Assembly: GCA_963675355.2 (NCBI GenBank)
Contig: CAXXMZ010000004.1
Coordinates: 1,077 to 65,076, forward strand
DNA from: Christensenellaceae bacterium
GTDB taxonomy: Bacteria > Bacillota > Clostridia > Christensenellales > UBA1431
Length of the DNA stretch: 64,000 nt
Direction: 5' to 3'
The position numbers and the translations under genes are program-made. Shown here one piece after another: positions 47,407-55,259 of the stretch. Below the pieces are notes generated by a model, which was given only the letters and a program-made list of their open reading frames with translations, searched no databases and was not told the origin of the DNA. Numbering within the stretch: the first letter of the stretch is position 1; every line of letters begins with the position of its first letter.

Positions 47407-47815
47407 ATGAATAAAAGGAATATTATATTATCAGTACTTGTGTTATTGTTGTCGTTTGCTTTATGTGCATGTGGTGGAAATGTTAAGAGTGTCAATGGGG
47501 TAGATGTAGAATCCCAGATATATACTCCTGATGATATTAATTCAGCTATTGAAATTATAAAAAAAGAGTTCGATAAAAGCTGGAAAGGCTGCACATTAAA
47601 AGAAATCTATTATGCTGGTGATGAGACTTCCACGATTATCAAGGTTATGCTGATATAAATGATGCAGATGAAGTCATGGTTTTATTGTCTTCTTTTGACG
47701 TAGATTCATCAGGGGGCGATGGTTCACTCAATCCTAACAGCACATATCATGACTGGAATTGGATTTTAGTACGAAACACAGGCGGTAAATGGAGACATGT
47801 TGACCATGGATATTA
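47407..47815 (+). pseudogene. Frameshifted paralogue of lipoprotein 35072-35482
   Basis: It is about 90% identical, including the RBS. A 1-nt deletion near 47630 shifts the frame, and the rest reads on to ..HVDHGY* at 47815. Confidence 0.85.
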
Positions 47816-47852
47816 ATCATAGAATATAGCCTTTCTACCTGCATGAAAAACG

Positions 47853-48025
47853 AAACAGCCTACTCACATGAGGTAACAGATTAGATATCAGGTTACTGTG
47901 TAATAGTTGAAAACGCCAGTAAAATCAAGCGTGTTTCGCAGATTTCGGGCATGTTCCCTAAATAGCCTAATAAAGTCGAGCGTAACGTTGAGTGCGTAGT
48001 GTTGATGTCAAGGGTAGAGAGTAGT
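47853..48025 (+). repeat. T1 repeat copy F (long form)
   Basis: It reads ..VENASKIKRVSQISGMFPK*..NVECVVLMSRVE... Confidence 0.8.
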
Positions 48026-48075
48026 AAAAGCTTGAAAACAGTGTATAAGCAAAATTGCTTTGGGAGAAGACCAAT

Positions 48076-48514
48076 ATGGAAATACGTGAAATAAGAAAAG
48101 ATGAGCTGATTGCGTTACTCGAGTTATACACTCAACTTCATGATAGACATTATGCCTAAAGTTAATGAAAGACTGTTAGAACTTTGGGATAATATTTTTC
48201 TAGATTGTAATCATCATATAATTGTTGCCATTGAATACGAACGAATTATATCTTCGTGTGTAATAATTATTGTACATAATCTTACGCATAGTCAGCAACC
48301 GTATGCTTTTATTGAAAATGTGATTACAGATGTAGCTTATAGAAATAAAGGTTTTGCTTCGTCATGCATTAATTATGCGAAACAAATCGCTATCGACCAC
48401 GACTGCTATAAAATCATGTTGATGACAGGGAGTAAAAAGGAACAAACCTTAAACTTTTATCGTAAAGTTGGATATAATAACGAAGACAAAACAGCATTTA
48501 TACAGTGGTTATGA
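48076..48514 (+). pseudogene. GNAT N-acetyltransferase with one frameshift near 48140
   Basis: MEIREIRKDELIALLELYTQLHD (ATG 48076) is joined to ..IMPKVNERLLELW..(the 48110-48514 ORF) if one a in gatagac is removed. It carries the motif YRNKGFASSCI. Confidence 0.75.
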
Positions 48515-48610
48515 TTTTTAGAAAAAATCAATTTAATACATAGTTTTCAAAAACAAGTGAAAAGTGCTAGTATCAGGCGCCAGTGTCGATATCGATCTTA
48601 GTTACTCGAT

Positions 48611-48656
48611 GTGTGGCTAGGTTAGATGTCAGGGGTTCACAAGTTAGTAGATTGGG
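48611..48656 (+). repeat. T2 repeat
   Basis: gtgtggctaggttagatgtcaggggttcacaagttagtagattggg. Confidence 0.55.
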
Positions 48657-49224
48657 CGTTTTTTCTTTTTCTTGGGGTTGAGTAGAGAAGGTTGGGCTTT
48701 AGGTGCTCGTGATGCGAGGAACAGATTGGATGTTATATTTGGGGAGAGGGTAGGATGGATACCAAACTCTTTTATGTAAGGATTTAAAGGTTTCATAATG
48801 CACTTAAAACATTTCGGACAACTTATATATCACTGTAACTACTTGATAAAATACATGAATAGAAGAGAAATATTGGGTTAAAAAGTATGTGTCCCACAAA
48901 CCATATTGACTTCCCCTCTAGACGGGAAAGGGTATAAGATTGATTCGCACCTCTGCCGCTAGGGTTAGTAATGAAACCATCCCTAGAATTGGTTCACCGA
49001 GTATTGAGATTTTGGTGCATTAATCACCAAATTGCTCCCAATAATAGTTTTTGAGGCATTGTCGAATTCTTATTTGTTTTCATTTCAATGGTCCTATCAG
49101 TGGCCCTGAGCGTAAAAAAATATTTTTGATGGAATACTAAAAATAGTCTTGGATAAAAATAAATGCATAATAATTACTACTCAAGCAGAATTTTCACTGA
49201 TAGCCATATAAGGAGGTATAATAT

Positions 49225-49887
49225 ATGAAAAAAGTTCTCAGCTTGATATTAATGGTTTTTCTGACCATGGGTATTTTGCTAACTGGTTGCAAGCAGATAA
49301 ATGAGCCAAGTGATAGACAACTAATAACAGAAGAACCAAGTCCTCGAGAATCAAGCACTCAGGAACCTATTGAACAAAATGCGAAACTTGGTGATTTTTT
49401 TCCTCTCACAATGGGAAGCACATGGGACTACGAAGGTGAAGGTAATGAGTACGCTTCATTCACTAGAAAAGTTCTTTTCGCTAGAGGTGATAGGGCCCAA
49501 ATCATGGAAGATAACGGCGGGACTATCAGTGCATCTGTTTTTGAGACTTCACAGGACTCAGTTACTAGAATATTTTTTAAGGGCGAAGAATATGGTCAAG
49601 AAAATTATATAAACACTGAGCCAGAAGAAAATTTAATAATACTCAAGGCACCACTTGAAGTTGGTACTAAATGGGAGGAGCCAAATGGTATCAGAGAAAT
49701 TGTAGATATAAACGCAACGGTTGATACTCCGGCGGGGAGATACGAAGAATGTATAAAAGTAAAAATCTCGTCAGAGGATTCGACACTATATGAATTCTTC
49801 AAAAAGGATATAGGTATGGTAAAACGGGAATTTATATTTGGGGATAATGTGGTTACGTCCAGTATTAAAGAATACATAATTAAGTAA
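49225..49887 (+). CDS. Lipoprotein (220 aa), unknown function
   Basis: It has a signal with the lipobox LLTGC and a strong RBS aaggagg. Confidence 0.75.
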   Translation: MKKVLSLILMVFLTMGILLTGCKQINEPSDRQLITEEPSPRESSTQEPIEQNAKLGDFFPLTMGSTWDYEGEGNEYASFTRKVLFARGDRAQIMEDNGGTISASVFETSQDSVTRIFFKGEEYGQENYINTEPEENLIILKAPLEVGTKWEEPNGIREIVDINATVDTPAGRYEECIKVKISSEDSTLYEFFKKDIGMVKREFIFGDNVVTSSIKEYIIK

Positions 49888-49939
49888 TAATTTTTAAGAA
49901 TAAACAATTTACAAAAGGTCTAGTCTCATGATTTGCAGT

Positions 49940-49978
49940 AAATCCCGATGATAGTGTAATATTTGCTCATCGGGATTT
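49940..49978 (+). terminator. Long-loop hairpin after the lipoprotein gene
   Basis: aaatcccgatg (49940-50) pairs with catcgggattt (49968-78). Confidence 0.5.
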
Positions 49979-50088
49979 GCTAATAAATATCTCATTATAG
50001 CGCAAGAGGGTATGGACTAGGCTCTGTATCGTAAGGATTAGCTAAGTAGCTATTCGTTTCGGGACTAATAACTTTGAAACTTGAGACA

Positions 50089-50122
50089 AAGCAGATTAGA
50101 TAAGGGCAGGTTAGATGTCGGT
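50089..50122 (+). repeat. T2 repeat units directly upstream of T1 copy G
   Basis: aagcagattagataagggcaggttagatgtcgg. Confidence 0.55.
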
Positions 50123-50130
50123 GCCTGATA

Positions 50131-50172
50131 CATGTTGAGTGCGTGGTAATGCTGTCAAGGGTAAAAGAGTAG
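50131..50172 (+). repeat. T1 repeat copy G
   Basis: catgttgagtgcgtggtaatgctgtcaagggtaaaagagtag is identical to the core of copy E. Confidence 0.85.
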
Positions 50173-50224
50173 GATATCTGCAATGCCCAGTAAACGAGGC
50201 GTTTGTAAAGATGGGGGGAAATAT

Positions 50225-50536
50225 ATGAAATGCGCTAATTGTGGTAATCACAATCTCAAAACATTGCATGATGAAGGGGATACGTTTTATTGTTCATTAT
50301 GTTGTCATAGGACACAAACTGCCACGGGACAGGATGACTTGATTACATGTCCCTACTGTGGAAGATTAAGAGATCGAAAAGCTTATCAATGCATGTGGTG
50401 CGGAAATACAATTGGACAAAATATCCAGTCCACGAAAAAAGAATATGCAGAATCGGATAAAAGCCTGACAGAGTTTGAGGAAAATATGGACAATTCAAAT
50501 ATTCGATTCTGGAAGTTGCGAGAAAAAAAGCAATAA
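50225..50536 (+). CDS. Zinc-ribbon protein
   Basis: MKCANCGNHN..YCSLCCH..CPYCG..CMWCG has four CxxC-type pairs. ATG 50225 is preferred over 50183, which lies inside the repeat. Confidence 0.55.
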   Translation: MKCANCGNHNLKTLHDEGDTFYCSLCCHRTQTATGQDDLITCPYCGRLRDRKAYQCMWCGNTIGQNIQSTKKEYAESDKSLTEFEENMDNSNIRFWKLREKKQ

Positions 50537-50783
50537 GTGGAACCGCTTGTTTACGGGAATAAATTGACTTTTGAAAATATTGATAGCTGAGTTGACAGGA
50601 TTGATTTTAATTAGGTTGTGGAGACAGGGATGGTGAACGAATTGGCTAATCAACATTGCTTAAACCTTTGGTTAATGATGATTAGCCTTGATTTTGGGCT
50701 GCCCTGATAGTAAATTGATATATACAATAAAGGTTTTCTATTGTATATATCAACAAATTTGAATTTGCAGAGGGGAATATATA

Positions 50784-51218
50784 GTGGAAAAAGCAAGAGA
50801 ATATCTTCGTGAGACTTCAAGACCTTGTGGAGCAGGAAGTTCTGTTTATTATGGTAATCGTACTAGATTTGTTATAGCAGAGGAACAGGCAAAGTTAAAG
50901 GCTATAGAAATTCAAGTGATTATTGATTATACTAATGAGTTTTTAGAATTATTGGAGATGGATTCGGTTATCACCGCGAAGCGAGAATATTTTGGAAATA
51001 ATTTATATAAAGGAATGAAAAAAATCAATAATCTTGAAGATGAGCGTGATATAGTTTGGATGAAATTTACAGAAGATGGTTTTTTGGGCGTTGTAGCTAC
51101 TAGTAATGATATAAATTTTGATATACCGCTATCAGAAAAAGAATATGATAAAAAGCATAATGCTGCTGGAATTATTATTCATCACTTAGAGAAAAAAGGG
51201 ATGAAAGTTTTATCTTAA
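50784..51218 (+). CDS. Hypothetical protein (144 aa)
   Basis: It has a GTG start after gagggg. I recognised no family. Confidence 0.4.
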   Translation: MEKAREYLRETSRPCGAGSSVYYGNRTRFVIAEEQAKLKAIEIQVIIDYTNEFLELLEMDSVITAKREYFGNNLYKGMKKINNLEDERDIVWMKFTEDGFLGVVATSNDINFDIPLSEKEYDKKHNAAGIIIHHLEKKGMKVLS

Positions 51219-51440
51219 TATTCCCACTCAAAAACATTCCAGAAGAGCTAAAAAGAGGAGATGTTGAAAGAGGGATTGGAAACTATTTGATAAAAAAAGG
51301 GTTCCCATTCTGGATTTCTTTTCGCATAGATATTAATTATAATAGATAAATTCCAATTTATCTATGAGTTTGAAATGTATTATAAGCAATACTGTATTCT
51401 GCTGTAAATATCAGAGGTATGAGAATAGTAATATTATCGC

Positions 51441-51530
51441 TTAGTGGGGATTGTCCACAGAGGCAGATTTGATAAAGTGGTCAGGTTAGAAGCTGATGTT
51501 TAACTAGTGGTCGATTTAGATAACAAGGGT
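51441..51530 (+). repeat. T2 repeat
   Basis: cttagtggggattgtccacagaggcagatttgataaagtggtcaggttagaagctgatgtttaactagtggtcgatttagataac. Confidence 0.6.
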
Positions 51531-51637
51531 TTGCGGGTGAGTTTGAATGTTTTTCGGATTTTGGCATGTGCGTCGGAATAGGTCAAATTTTAACAATAGA
51601 TTGTGGAGGGATAAATCTCGACAGTCGTTATATATGA

Positions 51638-51841
51638 TTTTTCAGTTTAGATCAGCAGGATAGATCAATATTTTGGTATTCTTTTGATCAAATTTTAATA
51701 AGACCATATTTTATTGATAAATTCAATTGGGATTACTTTGGAATATTGGACGGTACAAAAAATCATCAGTTGATAAATAATGAAATTATTGATAGACGCG
51801 ATTACTCTGATCATTTACCATTAATATTCGCAATATTGTGA
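51638..51841 (+). pseudogene. C-terminal scrap of an endonuclease/exonuclease/phosphatase-family gene
   Basis: This open frame has no start codon. It reads ..SFDQILIRPYFIDKF..IDRRDYSDHLPLIFAIL*. Confidence 0.5.
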
Positions 51842-51855
51842 AGGAAGTCTAGAAA

Positions 51856-52290
51856 ATGGCACGAGATTTATGGGAATTTAAGGACGCGAAAGAATTAGAA
51901 AAATATACAAAGGATTTACCAGATACAATTCTAAAAGAGCAAATAGCGTTATTAGGTGAAAAAACGAATTTTGTTGTTTATGGAAGGTCTTCTTCTGTTA
52001 AAGTTAAAACTGACGACATTGACTATAATGTTGCAACGATATTTAATGTAGTGGTATCAGCCCTAGATAATTACGAAAAGACCATTCTAATTATGTGTTC
52101 AAATCCGGAAACAGACTATCCTGTAGCGATCACATTAGAAAGCAGTTTCGAAGAAGATTGTGAAATGTTCACTCCGAAATATACATGCAACAATAAAGAT
52201 TCGTTCGAAACCGCCATAAAAGAAATTTTATCATCCGATCGAGTTTTACATATTATTGAGATGTTATATTCAAAAGCATTCATGCAATAG
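51856..52290 (+). CDS. Hypothetical protein (144 aa)
   Basis: ATG follows gaaggaag. I recognised no family. Confidence 0.45.
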   Translation: MARDLWEFKDAKELEKYTKDLPDTILKEQIALLGEKTNFVVYGRSSSVKVKTDDIDYNVATIFNVVVSALDNYEKTILIMCSNPETDYPVAITLESSFEEDCEMFTPKYTCNNKDSFETAIKEILSSDRVLHIIEMLYSKAFMQ

Positions 52291-52377
52291 AACTAGTACT
52301 AATATTTTCTGAATTAGAATATTGTTGAGGCACCCCGCGTTCAAAATTTACGCAGAGTACCTTGTTCTTTTTTGTCC

Positions 52378-52689
52378 TTATTTACCCACATCCACCGTCA
52401 TGCCGGACTTAAATTCCACGGGGAATTTATCCTCGTTGACGGTGACTTTTTCAATCAGCCGTCTGATAAGTGAACCATCATCCCCAGTAATTACGGTAGG
52501 TTGTGCTTTTAGGAATACATACACATTGTCAATCCTTTTGCTCAGTTCATTCAGAGCAGCAATGTTTGAAAAATAGCTGAATTGACCAGTAAAGTTGGAC
52601 TTGCTCGGATGTGCAGTTGAATGCTGAAGGAAGAAGAATATCGGAAAGCCGTATGCGGGAAAACGCTTCAAATATTGACTGAATAGCAT
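52378..52689 (-). pseudogene. C-terminal part of a serine recombinase (same type as 45077-45290)
   Basis: ..LIRRLIEKVTVNEDKFPVEFKSGMTVDVGK*. The DNA cacatccaccgtcatgccggactt.aa.tccacgg.gaatttatcc is shared with 45086-45131. Confidence 0.75.
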
Positions 52690-52726
52690 AAGAGAAAGTA
52701 CAGTTATTTTTTATTAATTCTTGGAA

Positions 52727-52903
52727 ACAGAGGTTGTTTGGGAGAAGAAAAAAAATTATGCTAAGACATTATCGGAGCGATAGAGCATAATGAGCTTGCA
52801 GTATATAGATCTACTAATGTTTATCTTGAAGGATTTGATATCTTGGTAAATAAGTTGATAGAAGAGCATTCTATTAACTGATTATGTATTACAAATAAAT
52901 TTT
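52727..52903 (+). pseudogene. ~175-nt fragment copy of the fibre-operon membrane-protein gene (30767-30948)
   Basis: acagaggttgtttgggagaaga.aaaaaattatgctaag...gagcttgcagta.atagatctactaatgtttatcttgaag..ttggtaaataagttgatagaagagcat.. is about 85-90% identical by eye. Confidence 0.8.
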
Positions 52904-53336
52904 GGGAGATTCACCAGGCTAAAACAATATTAGAATTATCTTTAACTGTTTGATGTGCTCCATATACAGTTTGGCTAATTCCGTTATCTACTCGTTTAGT
53001 GTCGTTAACAACATATAATAAATATGAAACATTAAGATCCTACATAATGTACCATTTGTTTGTTTCTGTATCAACAACTTCAATTGTTTTTTTGTATTTT
53101 TACTGGTAATATTCCAGTGTTTTCTATCATAAGTTCTATATCTAAGAAGAGATGTACCAAATTCAACTTTCTTTTTATTTTTCAAATATGCATTATTGAG
53201 AGTATGCAAATGATTTTTATTTAAACCCTTTATTTTTTGTATCAAAAAGGTTGACAGCAATTAATAATGGGTATAGGATAAATGTAACAGAATACCATAT
53301 AAACATTACAAAAGTAACGGGGAAAGGTTGGGAGAA

Positions 53337-54389
53337 ATGAACATGCCTAATGATATGGAAAATATTAAAAACGAAACTTTGGTTCGGAGCCTTTATACGT
53401 TTATAGGATTGCAAAAGGGGTATAAGAAGGTTTTAGAATGCATTAATGATTCAGATATTCAAAACGATGCGTTAAATGTTCTAATGGAAACCAATGAAGT
53501 AACACAAAATGCACATGATAAGGCTTGGTATGAAGAATATTTAAAAGAATTAAATAAGAAGATTGAACTTGAAGGACTCTTAGAAGGTGAACTAACTGTT
53601 GTAGATGTGATTAAAAATGATGGCATATTGATACAATCAATTGTCACGTGCAAAAACAATGCAATTTTTCCATATTACACTGCAAAAGTCATAGCGAATA
53701 CATTTTTATTTGGAGATAAGTCAGATTTGACATCATCCGCTATTAAAGAATACGCAGAGTATTATGGTATTAAAGAAGCAGTAGGTAAATTTTGTGAACT
53801 TGGACACGAACCTGAACTATTGCAGCTTATAGAGGAACAATATCTAAAAGGAAAATGTGGTAATTATACTGAAGACACAAAAAAAGTTCAAATCATGAAA
53901 GAAGCTTTTAGGCTAGGGTTTGATAATGAGAAGAAATACAGAGGCTGTGCTCAATGCACACTTCTTTCCATGTTTGAGATCACTAAAAAAAGATCAGACA
54001 TATTATTTCAAAGCGCAAGCGGTTTGGCTGCAGGTATGGCTCAGTCAGGCGATGGCGCTTGTGGGGGATATACAGGTGGCATAATGCAAATGGGATCTAT
54101 TATTGGTAGAAGGATAGATCAGATGAAAGAGAATGGTGATCGTGAGGTACAACTCGTATCGTACAAGATGGCACAGATGTTACGAGATAAGTTTATCCAA
54201 ACATATGGGAGTGTTATTTGCCAAGACATTCATAAGGAGATATTTGGTAAATCCTATTGCCTAAGAACACAAGCAGTAAAAAAAGAGTTTGATGAGGCTG
54301 GCGCCCATGAAACAAAATGTACAACAGTGATAGGGACAGCATGTGTTTGGATATCAGAAATACTGTATGATGAGGGTTATTTAGATTAA
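53337..54389 (+). CDS. C_GCAxxG_C_C-family protein with an extended N-terminus
   Basis: YRGCAQCTLLSMF, GDGACGGYTGGIMQMG, GSVICQDI and KCTTVIGTAC match the Cys pattern of that family. The start is uncertain (53337 or 53343). Confidence 0.6.
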   Translation: MNMPNDMENIKNETLVRSLYTFIGLQKGYKKVLECINDSDIQNDALNVLMETNEVTQNAHDKAWYEEYLKELNKKIELEGLLEGELTVVDVIKNDGILIQSIVTCKNNAIFPYYTAKVIANTFLFGDKSDLTSSAIKEYAEYYGIKEAVGKFCELGHEPELLQLIEEQYLKGKCGNYTEDTKKVQIMKEAFRLGFDNEKKYRGCAQCTLLSMFEITKKRSDILFQSASGLAAGMAQSGDGACGGYTGGIMQMGSIIGRRIDQMKENGDREVQLVSYKMAQMLRDKFIQTYGSVICQDIHKEIFGKSYCLRTQAVKKEFDEAGAHETKCTTVIGTACVWISEILYDEGYLD

Positions 54390-54424
54390 GATATGTACTT
54401 GTGTTTTGTAAGGAGGACAAAGAG

Positions 54425-55189
54425 ATGAGCGTTCCAATTTCATTAAAGGGGAAAGTTGCTGTTGTGACCGGAGGAAGTAGAGGGATGGGAAAGGCGATTG
54501 CACTACGTTTTGCAGAGGCAGGATGTTTAGGTGTTGCCGTAATTGATTTAAAGAAGGACGAGAATCTGAAACAGGTTGGGGAAGAAATTAGTAAATTTGG
54601 TTCGGAACCTTTGTTATTCGAGGGAGATGTAAGTAACAGTAGTAATGTTAAAAAGACTATTGATGATATTGTTCAAAAGTGGGGTAGAATCGACATTATT
54701 ATGAATAATGCAGGTATTGCTGCGCGCGGTGATTTCTTTTCAACGCCAGAAGATGAATGGGAAAAGGTAATTAGCGTTAATCTTAATGCTGTTTTTTTTG
54801 GAATGAAATATGCAGCTGAATATATGAAGAAGCAAGGGGCAGGTACTATCATCAATATGGCATCCATGTCTGGTGTTACAGGGGGTACGCAGGGACCCCA
54901 TTATTCGGCATCTAAAGCTGGCGTTATTGCTTTGACAAAATTTGGAGCAAAAACACTTGGTAAATACGGCATTCGCGTAAATGCAATGGCGCCTGGCTAT
55001 GTTCAAACGGATATGCTAGATTCTTTGTTCGTTGATCCTAAAGTAAGAGAAGAGCGTTGGGCTACTATTCCGTTGGGACGTGCTGGAGATCCGAAAGAAG
55101 TTGCAAATTTGGCTGCTTTCTTAGCCTCAGATCTTTCTAGTTATATATCTGGCGATACTATTTTAGTTACTGGAGGGAGGTTGAGCTAG
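54425..55189 (+). CDS. SDR-family oxidoreductase (FabG-like)
   Basis: It has TGGSRGMGKAIA, NNAG, and the catalytic YSASKAG. Confidence 0.9.
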   Translation: MSVPISLKGKVAVVTGGSRGMGKAIALRFAEAGCLGVAVIDLKKDENLKQVGEEISKFGSEPLLFEGDVSNSSNVKKTIDDIVQKWGRIDIIMNNAGIAARGDFFSTPEDEWEKVISVNLNAVFFGMKYAAEYMKKQGAGTIINMASMSGVTGGTQGPHYSASKAGVIALTKFGAKTLGKYGIRVNAMAPGYVQTDMLDSLFVDPKVREERWATIPLGRAGDPKEVANLAAFLASDLSSYISGDTILVTGGRLS

Positions 55190-55259
55190 CAAAGGTACCA
55201 TATGAACGATTTGGAGATTGTTGACAGAACCTGGTCTAGATAAAGAGGAGGTAAAAACA

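Noticed and set aside
34184..50172. Classical integron cassette array. The T1 core contains GTTGAGT, which fits the attC R' consensus GTTRRRY; the repeats are hairpin-forming; and they separate small promoter-less-looking genes.
   Set aside because: There is no IntI-type integrase next to the array, and the only tyrosine recombinase is inside the phage-like island. The copies are conserved in sequence rather than only in structure. They carry a coding-type substitution pattern, and serine recombinase remnants accompany them. Treated as att scars, or as an unknown cassette site, instead.
34184..51530. A CRISPR array formed by the T1 or T2 repeats.
   Set aside because: Spacing is irregular and kilobase-scale, with whole genes between copies. 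There is no short, uniform repeat-spacer structure and no cas genes anywhere in the window.
52988..53260. 90-codon minus-strand ORF (K/N-rich).
   Set aside because: It has no RBS and is low-complexity. It overlaps the likely promoter region (TTGACA at 53251) of the 53337 gene.
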